DNA of 64,000 nucleotides, from contig OX597826.1 of assembly GCA_951406725.2 (NCBI GenBank), positions 59,582,001-59,646,000 of the forward strand. Reading direction: 5' to 3'. The stretch's first letter is position 1. Each line of letters opens with the position of its first letter. The stretch is from Octopus vulgaris (lineage: Eukaryota). A program made the position numbers and the translations under genes. The notes below the pieces were generated by a model. The model saw nothing but the letters and a program-made list of their open reading frames with translations, searched no databases and was not told the origin of the DNA. This document shows, piece by piece, positions 41,711 through 55,541 of this stretch.

Positions 41711-42347
41711 TCCTAGTGTCACACAGAACAGTATGTGAACCGATATTTGTAAAACATATTTGTAGCTGATTTAATAGTAACATACTACAGCGCTCCCATG
41801 ATGTGATCGCCATAATTTACGGAAACCATACATATATTTTACCTATTTCTTTACTACCCACAAGGGGCTAAACACAGAGAGGACAAAAGAAGGACAGACA
41901 AACGGATTAAGTCGATTTTATCGACCCCAGTACGTAACTGGTACTTAATTTATCGACCCCGAATGGATGAAAGGCAAAGTCGACCTCGGCGGAATTTGAA
42001 CTCAGAACGTAACGGCAGACGAAATACTGCTTTCCTAGTGTCACACAGAACAGTATGAACCGATATTTGTAAAACATATTTGTAGCTGATTTAATAGTAA
42101 CATACTACAGCGCTCCCATGATGTGATCGCCATAATTTACGGAAACCATACATATATTTTACCTATTTCTTTACTACCCACAAGGGGCTAAACACAGAGA
42201 GGACAAAGAAGGACAGACAAAAGGATTAAGTCGATTTTATCGACCCCAGTACGTAACTGGTACTTAATTTATCGACCCCGAATGGATGAAAGGCAAAGTC
42301 GACCTCGGCGGAATTTGAACTCAGAACGTAACGGCAGACGAAATACC
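41711..42347. repeat. Tandem duplication of about 320 bp (unique flank plus one SINE C unit)
   Basis: tcctagtgtcacacagaacag...gacgaaatac is repeated from 41711 and from 42033. Confidence 0.92.
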
Positions 42348-42580
42348 TATTTCTTTACTACCCAGAAGGGGCTAAACACAGAGAGAACAAAGAAGGACAG
42401 ACAAACGGATTAAGTTGATTTTATCGACCCCAGTGCGTAACTGGTACTTAATTTATCGACCCCGAAAGGATGAAAGGCAAAGTCGACCTCGGCGGAATTT
42501 GAACTCAGAACGTAACGGCAGATGAAATACGGCTAAGCATTTCGCCCGGCGTGCTAACGTTTCTGCCAGCTCGCCGCCTT
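41843..42580 (-). mobile_element. SINE family C cluster (three units, head at about 42580)
   Basis: Units start at about 41843, 42163 and 42347; imperfect TSD atacatat.t.ttacc. Confidence 0.9.
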
Positions 42581-42681
42581 AATACATATGTCTTACCAAC
42601 ACCCATAACACTAAGTTTAAAAGTTAACTGAATCAAAACCAGATTCAGGAAGAGGATATGGTTATACAAAGCCAACATATT

Positions 42682-42890
42682 CTCTTTTACTCTTTTACTT
42701 GTTTCATTCATTTGACTGTGGCCATACTGGAGCACCGCCTTTAGTCGAGCAAATCGACCCCAGGACTTATTCTTTGTAAGCCCAGTACTTATTCTATCGG
42801 TCTATTTTGCCGAACCGCTAAGTGACGGGGACGTAAACACATCAGCATCGGTTGTCAAGCAATGCCAGGGGGACAAACACAGACACACAA

Positions 42891-42956
<66 letters not shown>

Positions 42957-43103
42957 GACAGGCTTCTTTCAGTTTCCGTCTACCATATCCACTCACAAGG
43001 CTTTGGTCGGCTTGAGGCTATAGTAGAAGACGCTTGCCCAAGGTGCCACGCAGTGGGACTGAACCCGGAACCATGTGGTTGGTTAGCAAGCTACTTACCA
43101 CAC
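42682..43103 (-). mobile_element. SINE family B
   Basis: Consensus match. Confidence 0.92.
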
Positions 43104-43592
43104 ATTTATTTATCTTTATATTGGTGAATAACTTTTGTTCTTATTCATATTTTTAATTTTAATATGAAGCACCTATCTTACAGAAATCCCCAAAAATTCT
43201 TTTGGAACAATGGGCTCCTCGAAATAATTTAGTAAAGCATATTATATATTTACGCTATATCTTCGGTTTCATTTCATAGTTAAACCTATTAAAAGAATAA
43301 TAATCGAAGTTCTTTCATTTTATAGATTTTGATTATCACAAATTTTATTTTGTGGAAACATTTTCAACAACGTTTAAATAGAGCACAGTTTCTGTTAACA
43401 CGGAATATCACAATATGAGTTCCTCATTAGAAACACAGCACAGAAATGCCGACAACCGGTACCACAGAATAAGTTAATGATTAAATATAGACACAGCACA
43501 GACTTCGTCAACAGCAGGTACCGCCGCGTAAGATATTTAACCAGTAGGTACACAACCTGCAAAAAGTTGAAAGTATGTTCCACAGTGTGCCA

Positions 43593-44017
43593 CAGGAGTG
43601 GCTGTGTGGTAAGTAGCTTGCTAACTAACCACATAGTTCCGGGTTCAGTCCCACTGCGTCGCATCTTGGGCAAGTGTCTTCTGCTATGGTCCCGGGCCGA
43701 CCAATGCCTTGTGAGTGGATTTGGTAGACGGAAACTGAAAGAAGCCTGTCGTATATATGTATATGTATATATGTGTGTGTGTGTTTTTGTGTCTGTGTTT
43801 GTCCCCCTAGCATTGCTTGACAACCGATGCTGGTGTGTTTACGTCCCCGTCACTTAGCGGTTCGGCAAAAGAGACCGATAGAATAAGTACTGGGCTTACA
43901 AAGAATAAGTACTGGGCTTACAAACAATAAGTCCCGGGGTCGATTTGCTCGACTAAAGGCGGTGCTCCAGCATGGCCGCAGTCAAATGACTGAAACAAGT
44001 AAAAGAGTAAAGAGAGA
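43593..44017 (+). mobile_element. SINE family B with internal 22-bp duplication
   Basis: Consensus match; agaataagtactgggcttacaa occurs twice. Confidence 0.92.
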
Positions 44018-44505
44018 ATGTGTAGTAAGAGACCAATAAATGTACATATAATAGAAACTTATGACTATACATTCTCTTGTATTTCCGATTTTCACTGAAG
44101 CTCGGATAGTTATGTCTTTCAACAGCGCATTTATTTGTAAAGTTAACTAGAAATATAAACGTGGACGAACTAACCGGAAGTTTTCTAAAATTTTGTTCGA
44201 CCTGTTAGAATATTCAGTAGTATGTCACAGTAATCAAATCATACCTTGTTAAAAGTATCAGTGCACACTTCATTGTATAGTCTCAGATAAACATGGAAAA
44301 TAAAAATGATAACTGTTTGGGGCGACTTTCATCATAAATCTGTTTCATACGTGCACAGAATCAACGACAACGTCGATAGCGTTTGCTGCAGCTGTGCCGT
44401 ACGGATGTTTTCAGATGAGATAAAAAGAGCTAACGATAAATTAACGATCCTGCTCTTGTTTTACCGACGCAAGAGATAAACATGAAACAATACGTAGATA
44501 AGTTA

Positions 44506-44889
44506 TGGAAGCACTCCGTCGGTTACGACGACGAGGGTTCCGGTTGATCCGAATCAACAGAACAACCTGCTCGTGAAATTAACGTGTAAGTGGCTGAGCA
44601 CTCCACAGACACGTGTACCCTTAATGTAGTTCTCAGGGATATTCAGCGTGACACAGAGAGTGACAAGGCCGGCCCTTTGAAATACAGGTACAACAGAAAC
44701 AGGAAGTAAGAGTGAGAGAAAGTTGTGGTGAAAGTGTACAGCAGGGATCCCCACCACCCCCTGCCGGAGCGTCGTGGAGCTTTTAGGTGTTTTCGCTCAA
44801 TAAACACTCACAACGCCCAGTCTGGGAATCGAAACCGCGATCCTACGACCGCGAGTCCGCTGCCCTAAACACTGGGCCATTGCGCCTCC
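44506..44889 (-). mobile_element. SINE family A, full length
   Basis: Consensus match. Confidence 0.92.
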
Positions 44890-45104
44890 GTAAACGTTAT
44901 CAGCTGACGCGAACTTGCACCTCTCAGATACCGGCTGAGTAATCTACCATTAAGCTAAACTGCCTGTTGATAAGTAGATAAGTTACACAGAGCAGGGTAA
45001 CAGGAGTTGAACTCTGGCTGCTGTGGTGTAAAACTGAAAAGCTTTACAGACTTACATTGCGTAAATACTGACGACATGGGAGTGAGGATGAATGGATGGT
45101 GTAA

Positions 45105-45329
45105 CTATTTCTTTACTACCCACAAGGGGCTAAATACATACAAGGACAGACAAAAAGATTAAGTCGATTAGATCGACCCCATTGCATAACTGGTACTTAA
45201 TTTATCGACCCCGAAAGGATGAAAGGCAAAGTCGACCTCGGCGGAATTTGAACTCAGAACGTAACGGTAGACGAAATACGGCTACGCATTTCGCCCGGCG
45301 TGCTAACGTTTCTGCCAGCTCGCCGCCTT
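45105..45329 (-). mobile_element. SINE family C monomer with head
   Basis: Consensus match ending gccagctcgccgcctt. Confidence 0.9.
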
Positions 45330-45384
45330 ATTCTAAAAATTAATATCGTTAATATCACCTCACATCTAATACACAAAAGAAAGC

Positions 45385-45420
<36 letters not shown>

Positions 45421-45443
45421 TGTGTATTTGATATATATATATA

Positions 45444-45476
<33 letters not shown>

Positions 45477-45497
45477 GTGTATATATATATATGTATG

Positions 45498-45528
<31 letters not shown>

Positions 45529-45555
45529 ATATATATATATGTATATATATATATG

Positions 45556-45678
<123 letters not shown>

Positions 45679-45683
45679 GTATG

Positions 45684-45726
<43 letters not shown>

Positions 45727-45728
<2 letters not shown>

Positions 45729-45941
45729 TCTTTTTACTCTTTTCCTTGTTTCAGTCATATGACTGCGGCCATGCTGGAGCACCGCCTTTAGTCGAGCAAC
45801 TCGACCCCGGGACTCATTATTTTTGTAAGCCCAGTACTTATTCTATCGGTCCCTTTTTTGCCGAACCGCTAAGCGACGGGGACGTAAACACATCAGCATC
45901 GGTTGTCAAGCAATGCTAGGGGGACAAACACAGACACACAA

Positions 45942-45996
<55 letters not shown>

Positions 45997-46151
45997 TACG
46001 ACAGGCTTCTTTCAGTTTCCGTCTACCAAATCCACTCACAAGGCATTGGTCGGCCTGGGGCTATAGCAGAAGACACTTGCCCAAGATGCCACGCAGTGGA
46101 CTGAACCCGGAACCATGTGGTTGGTTAGCAAGCTACTTACCACACAGCCAC
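45727..46151 (-). mobile_element. SINE family B
   Basis: Consensus match. Confidence 0.92.
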
Positions 46152-46219
46152 TAGTACATACTTATGCATGCACAGATGTGTGTTGGGGGGGGTCATAAAT
46201 GTATATATAAAACGATAAA

Positions 46220-46527
46220 CGTCGCCCTTTTCAAGCGTAGCCAGGCTCATGGGCACGGTTTCCCGGTCTCTGTGTCGTATGTTTTCCCCCCCAGCTGGAT
46301 GGGACGCCAGTCCATCGCAGCGTTACTCAAGAAACAGGAAGAGAGAGTGAGAGAAAGTTGTGGCGAAAGAGTACAACAGGGGTCGCCACCCCATCCCCTG
46401 CCGGAACCTCGTGGACCTTTTAGGTGTTTTCGCTCAATAAACACTCACAACGCCCGGTCTGGGAATCTAAACCGCGATCCTCCGACCGCGAGTCCGCTGC
46501 CCTGACCACTGGGCCATTGCGCTTCCA
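46220..46527 (-). mobile_element. SINE with family A head and tail type 3
   Basis: Head and core as family A, then gcgatggactggcgtcccatccagctgggg...aaaagggcgac. Confidence 0.85.
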
Positions 46528-48278
46528 TACATATGTATATATATACAACTATATATATGTATGAACATATATAAGTACGTACATTCATACATACAAACAC
46601 GCACACTCACACACACACACACACACACACACGCACGCACACACACACACACACACACACACAGTATACGATCCCCCCCTCCCTTATACTTTTCTATCGC
46701 AACCACCATATCCAATAATCCCCAATTTGTAATCAAAAATGAATTCATCGTAAGTTTTGAAAGGATTATTTTCCTGTCTCTGTCCTTTTGTTTTAGTTGT
46801 TACTGCTATTGCTGTCATTGCTGTTGTTGTTGTTGTTGTTGTTTTGGTTGTTGTTATTGTTAGTGGTGGTCTTTTCGTATTATTATCCCCGAAACTCGAT
46901 TGACATATATCATTCGGCACGCAAAATTGCGAACCATGTCCCTCTAATTTAGTTGTTATTTTGCTTATTAAGATGTCCTTATTCCTCTTTTTACTGCTAT
47001 CACCGCTGTTGTTGTTGTTGTCATTACCGCTGCTGTTGTTGTTGTTGTTGTTCTCCTCCTTCTTCTTCGTCTTTAGCTGTCGCTATCCTCGTCGCTGGTG
47101 CTATTTCTTTTCTTGTTGCCATCATTATTATTTTTCAGTTTATCTTTTTCATTCAGTTGCCTGTCTTAAAATGTTTTCTTTTAAAACTTTCTTTTCGTTT
47201 TATAGTAATTCTTACTGGTTTTTCCTTTTGTTTCCACGTAATCTACTCAACGTTTCTCAAACAATTTCCAAAAGATTCCAATGATCCAGACGAAATTTTG
47301 ACATTAATTTGTCAGGAATGTTGCAATTTCTTGATGTGCAGTATTTTCAAATTAGTGTTGCCCCTCATTATTCCAACATATCCTCATGCAAATATCAACC
47401 ATTTCGTTGTCTTTCTTTTTCTCTTTGCATTTCTTTTTTTATTTACTCTCTTTTCCCCTCCAATTATTATTATGATTATTTTTCATTTCCTTTTATTCGC
47501 ATTGCGTTCGTTTGTGTGTTTGATAAAACGTATCATGTCATGAATACGGTTGCACGTAATAAAACTCTTACACACAAGGAATTAGAAGAATTTTAAGATG
47601 AAACAAATTGGAAGATATCGAAAGCAAACGTCGGTTCTTAGAAGATAGGAACCATAATATAATAGTTTCTAATACTGGCACAAGGCCACATACATCAAGG
47701 CAGGACGGTAATCGTCGATGAAATCTGCACCGGCGTTTGACTGATACTTTATTTATCGATCAGATAACGATAAAAGTTTTAGCTGACCATGACAGGGTTT
47801 GAACGTAAATGCTCTTGCTTAAATACTACGTTGTATATTCTCTGAAATTTAATCGCTTCTACCATCCCGACTGTCCAATGTCAGGATTAAAATGATTAAA
47901 GACTATAAATATTTAACCCGGCCACTTGCACAGTATAGAAAGGCAGTTGCTTGAACTTTCCTGATAGGAAAATGGAAGAAAAAAATACGTACTTGCTCGT
48001 TTGATCCGCTAGAAATAAAAACCGGGCTGCTTTGAAATCAAACCTAGCCATTGTAGAAAAACAAGTCCGATATTTTTGAAAAGAAAAAAAAAAAGCAAAA
48101 ACAAAATGAGTTTATGGCTGGAGAATTTGCGGTCTTTTTAACTATAGATCTTTTCGAGTAAGGCTGATGTCAGTGACAGCAGCAAAAACATCACCGGGCG
48201 GTCGGTTATTTTTACAACAGAGAATTGAGAAGATCACGTTGTGATATTCATGCTTTTCCAATCAAAGAAAATGAAATA

Positions 48279-48509
48279 TATTTCTTTACTACCCACAACG
48301 GGCTAAACAGAGGGGACAAACAAGGACAGACAAACGAATTAAGTCTATTACATCGACCCCAGTGCGTAACTGGTACTAAATTTATCGATCCCGAAAGGAT
48401 GAAAGGCAAAGTCGACCTCGGCGGAATTTGAACTCGGAACGTAACGACAGACGAAATACTGCTACGAATTTCGCACGGCGTGCTAACGTTTCTACCAGCT
48501 CGCCGCCTT
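48279..48509 (-). mobile_element. SINE family C monomer with head
   Basis: Consensus match; short TSD tgaaata. Confidence 0.88.
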
Positions 48510-49136
48510 GAAATAGTTCAACCTGGGAATAGAACCCGGACTTAACATAGTTCAGGAACTGTGAACCAAGCGCAAGGAACACTACTGTCTGCCTGTGAAA
48601 ACAAATAATAGCGGTCGCCTCCTGAAAGAAGCATTGATTGTTGTTAATTATATCGGATATCTTTGATAGTCGAGTCCTTGAAATCGAATATGATTCTCCC
48701 GTAAATATTGGAAACCCGCATGCAGCGAACATTAATAATTGTTGAGTTGAGGTTTTGCAGCAGAAACCAATTTTTCCTTTCATCTCTCTTTAGTCGATAA
48801 AATATGTCTTTGCTGATAGTTCTGTTGGATGTAGGTCGACTCACGCAACACGAATTTATAGCACATTCCAATTCTTTATGATGTAGTATCCGCTGTCTTA
48901 CACAGCTGCTAGACTCAGACTGCGTATCTATGTAGTTGCTCGTCTTATTTTATATAGCGAACACATATACAAATTTATCTCAACTTATACTCTACAGCTA
49001 TAAATACAGGACCATAAGAATATTCAAAATTGGAATCATTGTATGATTACTCGACCAGCAAGATATTGCAGTTTTCTTCAATCAGGGACGACCGGGGAAC
49101 CTGTAGTTTCACAAATGAAACAACCACAGCAACAAA

Positions 49137-49581
49137 GTGGAGGCGCAATGGCTCAGTGGTTAGAGCAGTGGACTCGCGGTCGTAAGAACGCGGTTTCGAT
49201 TCCCTGTCCGGGTATTGTGTGCTGAACCTGCTGAACTCTTTCACCACAACTTTCTCACTGTTTCTTCTTACTCCTGCCACAAAGCAGAGGAACCATGGTG
49301 TAACCCATTATGGTGTGGTAAACTTTCAGACCCTAGTCTAGATTGTGAATCCTCTGTACCCCAGGATGGTTCAACTCTCCACCCGTTAAAAGCCACCATT
49401 TACGGAATGAGGATAGCAACGTAACTTTCGCGCCCGTGCAACCGCCAGTCTATCGCGTCTGGTGGGTGGATCTTCAAGTTGCCGCACGCATTCTTAGTAG
49501 CCAAGTGTAGGCTCGAATTAGAGATTATTCTTTGTGGCTAAGGGCGTGAATCCTGATTAGAAGAAGAAGAAGAAGAAGAAG
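49137..49581 (+). mobile_element. SINE with family A-like head, unique body and (AAG)n tail
   Basis: A and B boxes; TSD accacagcaa at 49123 and 49582. Confidence 0.85.
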
Positions 49582-50119
49582 ACCACAGCAAGTACAACTA
49601 GATTCATCATTTTTTCTCTTTGACTTTTTTGAAATTCACAGTTTTAAGACAGAATTTGGAAGGTCTTTAGAAATAAACTACCTGATGTTGTCCTAAGTAA
49701 TTTTGAAATAATTTTCATTCCTGAGATCTACAAATTTGGTCACCAATTATTATAAGAAAGATCAATTTACTGTTGATATAAATAGAAACATACACAATAG
49801 AAAATTACATAATTATGATCAGCTATTTTAATATTTCGTCAGTCGCCACCGGAATCGATCACAACAGAGTGTAAGAGTTAAGTTAATGTCAGTATTTCAT
49901 ACGAAGTCAGCAACTTATCGCTGACTAAACAGGAGAAAAAAAAGTACTGAAAAAGATCTACGGTGACACCGAGAAAAAATTTATTCATCAAATAAGGAAA
50001 TAACTCTGGACATTTAATTTTTATTGGACAATCACATGAATTAATTAGACATTACCGTAGTTATCGAAATACCGAGATAATGTCTTAGTTCAACGATATT
50101 ACTAAGACTGTGTTTGTAT

Positions 50120-50506
50120 TGGAAGCACTCCGTCGGTTACGACGATGAGGGCTCCGTTTGATCCGAATCAACGGAACAGCCTGCTCGTGAAATTAACGTA
50201 TAAGTGGCTGAGCACTCCACAGACACGTGCACCCTTAACGTAGCTCTCGGGGATATTTAGCGTGACACAGAGAGTGACAAGGCCGGCCCCTTGAAATACA
50301 GGTACAACAGAAACAGGAAGTAAGAGTGAGAGAAAGTTGTGGTGAAAGAGTACAGCAGGGATCACCACCATCCCCTGCCGGAGCCTCGTGGAGCTTTTTA
50401 GGTGTTTTCGCTCAATAAACACTCACAACGCCCGGTCTGGGAATCGAAACCGCGATCCTATGACCGCGAGTCCACTGCCCTAACCACTGGGCCATTGCGC
50501 CTCCAC
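50120..50506 (-). mobile_element. SINE family A, full length
   Basis: 13-bp TSD actgtgtttgtat at 50107 and 50507. Confidence 0.93.
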
Positions 50507-50883
50507 ACTGTGTTTGTATATTGTACTGTAAAAAAGTACATATGTATTTCGAGAAACTCACGTTGAGCCACTCTGGGAGTGTATTATTAAGTTAACAAAA
50601 GTGTTTTTCTACAAGTAACACCCATATAGTGTGATTCAGATTCAGACTCTATAATTGAGAGAAGGGTACAAGGGAGAGATGATGCTGGGAGGAGTCTATG
50701 TGTGGCTTGAAATTCACATTTGGGAAATTAATATATGGAATTTAACTCTACACTACAAGAAACATATTCAGACTGACGCATACTCACACAGAGAAACATG
50801 CATGTACACAGATACACAGATACACACACAAACATACATTCAGAAAGATAGAAAGACAGATAGACACATTTATTGTGTATGAG

Positions 50884-51041
<158 letters not shown>

Positions 51042-51055
51042 CTGTCTGCCTGTCT

Positions 51056-51511
<456 letters not shown>

Positions 51512-51531
51512 CAAATTAACAAACTAACTAG

Positions 51532-51574
<43 letters not shown>

Positions 51575-52156
51575 CTGTGCGTGCGAGCGCGCGCGTGTGT
51601 GAACGGGCTCGTACTTGTGTCTATATTTGAGGCCAACCGGAAAAGTACCACGCTAAAAAATGTACACACACAAACATACATACATACACACATTCAGACA
51701 GACACATTTAGGTGCATGTGATCTATCTATCTATGTGTGAGCGTGTGGTGTGTTTGTGTTTGTCTATGTATATAAATACATTTATGTTTATGCGCACATT
51801 TATGGAATAAATTATGCGCATATATACGTACATATATGTGTGCGTGCGCGCGCGTGTCTTTGCGTCTGTGCTTGAGACCGATAGAAGAGATACCAGCTTA
51901 AATGAATAAGCACAGTGATAGATTCATTCAACTAAAAATTTTTCATGGCGGTGCTCCAGCTTGGCCACAGAATAATGACGGAAACGGGTAAAATGATAAA
52001 TGATTTCTTAAACTTAATCTCCATCTCTGTTTCTGTTACCAAACTTCCTTTATCCCTCTCTCTACCTCTCAATCTTCTGCAATAACTTTCACCCAATATA
52101 CATTAATTACATTATTTACAATTGACGGATATTTGATCTCATCTTGTTTGTTGTTA

Positions 52157-52200
52157 ACACAACGTTTCGGCTGATATACCCTTCAGCCTTCATCAGGTGT
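52157..52200 (-). ncRNA. Minimal type I hammerhead ribozyme, intact motif
   Basis: Minus strand ACAC-CUGAUGA-A-GGCUGA-aggguaua-UCAGCC-GAA-ACGU-U-GUGU: stems I and II pair and stem III is the palindrome ACGU. Confidence 0.75.
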
Positions 52201-52282
52201 GTTGGGGAAATTTCGAACCTGGGTTCTCATTCCTAAGGTATTTTTCGATGTTGTTGTTGCTGTTGTTGTTGTTATCATTCAA

Positions 52283-52353
52283 GTCACTGCCTGGAATCGA
52301 ACTCGGAATCTTGGGGTTAGTAGCCCGCGTTCTTAACCACTACGCCATATGCC
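52283..52353 (-). promoter_or_regulatory. tRNA-derived Pol III internal promoter (not a functional tRNA)
   Basis: A box TGGCGTAGTGG (52337-52347), B box GTTCGATTCC (52293-52302), anticodon-like loop CT-ACT-AA; acceptor stem does not pair. Confidence 0.8.
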
Positions 52354-52426
52354 TGTGGGCATAATAATAATAACAACATCGAAAAATACCTTAGGAATGA
52401 GAACCCAGGCTAGAAATTTCTTCAAG

Positions 52427-52470
52427 ACACCTGATGAAGGCTGGAGGGTGTATCAGCCGAAACGTTGAAT
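52427..52470 (+). ncRNA. Hammerhead copy in the right arm, stem I mutated
   Basis: acac-CTGATGA-a-ggctg..cagcc-GAAA-cgtt-gaat (gtgt changed to gaat). Confidence 0.65.
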
Positions 52471-52799
52471 TAAAAACAAACAAGATGAGAACGAATATCC
52501 GTCAATTGTAAATAATGTAAATAATGCACATAATTCCTCACCTCTTAAATATAGAACTGTATTATCTCACCCAATAGTTTTGTATGTCGTTTGTATGTCC
52601 CTTCATTTACTTTTCAGCAACCGCTTCCTGTATGTCACACTGAAAATCTCGTTACTTCTCTCTCTCTGTCTTTCTTTCTCTCTCCCCGTCTCACTCTCGT
52701 GTTTTCTCTCTCCCTTTATCTCTTTCCATCTCTCGCTCGCTCTCGCTCTTCTTCGTTTTATTTATCTTTTATATCTTTTCTCTTACTTCTTTCAGAAAG

Positions 52800-53155
52800 A
52801 AGACTGAGGCCATGCTGGGGCACCGCCTTGAAGAATTTTTAGTCCGATGAATCTAGTACCTATTATGATGGTACTTATTCAATCGGTATCTTTTGTCGAA
52901 CAGCTAAGTTATGTGGACGTAAGCACACCGACACTGGTCATCAAGTGGTGGTGGGGGACAAACACACAAACACACACAGGCACACACACAGGCACACACA
53001 TAGGCACACACACTCACGCACACACACACAAACATGCATACACACGCATATACGACGAGCTCCTTTGTAATCCCGTTTACAAATTCCACTCACAAGAACC
53101 TTTCGTTGGCCGGAGGCTATATAAAAGACACTTGCTCAAGGTGCCACACATTGGG
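52800..53155 (-). mobile_element. Diverged SINE family B copy
   Basis: gactgaggccatgctggggcaccgcc...caaattccactcacaag...caaggtgccac. Confidence 0.7.
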
Positions 53156-53501
53156 GCCGAATCTGCAGAAAAGACGTTGAGCGGATGTTTACGGGTAGAA
53201 TGATTTCGAAGAGACAGAAGAAAGCGGGAGAAAGAACAGAAGACAGAGAATTAAATTTAGACCGAGAAGTATAGATTAGGAGTCTACAGCAAAAATAGTC
53301 AAATAAGGTGGACAGAATGAGCGTCAACCAGACAGACATAGAGCTATCTATCCATAAACACATAATACTTACGCATAAAATGACAGGCTGACAGTCTGTC
53401 ACGTCAATATAGATATAAACAAACAAATGGGTAAATAGAGAGATAGACTGACAGATATATGAACAGATAGATAGATAAATAGATATATAGATAGATAAAT
53501 C

Positions 53502-53564
<63 letters not shown>

Positions 53565-53566
<2 letters not shown>

Positions 53567-53783
53567 GTTTCTTTATTGGCCACACAGGGCTGCACACAGA
53601 TGGGACAAGTTACAAGGTAGAGCTTTTCTTTTGGGGGATGAAAAAAAGGGGGTGGCGTAGGTTTTCGATCAAGAGGGATCGTAAAAGGGAAGAAAAGAAC
53701 AAAAAAAAATTAAAATAAATAAATAGAATAAAAAATAAAAAGAATAAAGGGGAAAAAAGAAAGGGAAAAGGAACAAAAGAAAG
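53565..53783 (-). mobile_element. (TCTA)n-embedded non-LTR 3' fragment, copy 3
   Basis: Reverse complement of the same 3' end (gtttctttattggccacacagggctgcacacaga); (GATA)n on both sides. Confidence 0.75.
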
Positions 53784-53795
53784 ATATATATATAT

Positions 53796-53866
<71 letters not shown>

Positions 53867-54379
53867 CATAGATAGATAGATTAATGTTAATGTAAAAATA
53901 ACCAAGAAAAACAATATGTCTATTTGTCTGAGAATATGTGTATATCTTTATATATCTTTATATATATGTGTGTGTGTTTGTGTGTCATTTTTATAAAGAG
54001 ATAATTGTAAAATTTTCATATAGACTTCAGGAGAGTAAGAAAGAAAGAGAAAACGAAAAAGAGAGTAACAGTGAGAGAGAGCAAGAAACAGTAAGTAATA
54101 AAGAGATTTAAAATAATATAATTGTTACAGAAACAGTTGGTGATTTGATAATATTCTCTGTGTTTACAGAAAAGATATATAACCAATGGTAACCAACTAA
54201 AGAGATGGTACTACAGGCGGCGACAGCATAGAAGTAAGCTGAAACTTTAGTAAGCAATGTCTTGAACAACCGCCTCTATACCACTTACAGCTGTTAATAA
54301 TCAGGTGACTATTGGAGAGAATCTATAAAACGGACATGACAAGAGCGTGTATGTAGATACATACATATGTATATGTATA

Positions 54380-54417
<38 letters not shown>

Positions 54418-54594
54418 AATACAGGTATATACATATGCATATCTATTTATATACATACGTACATATGTGTGTACATGCAAATGTTTTTATGTATATATAT
54501 ATGTGAGTGTGTGTATGTTTATGTGTTTCTTTGCATGCGTCATTTTTCGGTGTCTGGGGTAGACATATTTAGAGAAGATAAATCATGTAGACTG

Positions 54595-54978
<384 letters not shown>

Positions 54979-55488
54979 GTAAGGAGTTGGTTAGACTGGA
55001 AGAGGGCGCCGGTGAGGGAATGGTTAGTCAAGGGGACAGATAGAGACATAGACTGGTGTTCAGATATAGTTGACCATGAGCCAACAATATATTTCCTTTG
55101 AAATAATCTCTGGTCTGCGTCTAAATGCCATAAAACATAACAGACAGCCAATACCATTCTGGCAAGAGGTTGGCACATTCACAGTCATATCTGTGAGGTC
55201 ATAAAGATAGATAACTGAGATGTGTCATGCTTACTACGTAATTAAAATATTTATAGATAAAATAAAGATAGACGAAATGGGGCGATTTGATATGATGTAG
55301 GATGCTATTGTTGTTATTGGTGCTGGTGTCGTTCTTGTTGATTAACCTTCATTTCCTTCCACATCTACTCACATTCACACATAGACTTAAATCCTGATCG
55401 ACCAGATGTATGCCCTACGATGTTCCATGCGTGCCTGTTCTTTCATCATTCTAAAATTCAGTATCTGTGTGTAAAGTCCCCTTAGTAT

Positions 55489-55541
<53 letters not shown>

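Larger units (their letters stand above)
52101..52560. mobile_element. Palindromic non-autonomous element: tRNA-derived head plus hammerhead, Penelope-like ends
   Basis: Inverted arms 52101-52275 and 52361-52526; 10-bp direct repeat tcacccaata at 52089 and 52567. Confidence 0.8.

Noticed and set aside
46953-47543. 196-aa hydrophobic ORF
   Set aside because: Built from (TTG)n and T-rich low-complexity sequence with no domain signature
52283-52353. Functional tRNA-Ser(ACT) gene
   Set aside because: Acceptor and T stems do not pair and it sits inside a mobile element; the SINE heads were rejected as tRNAs for the same reason
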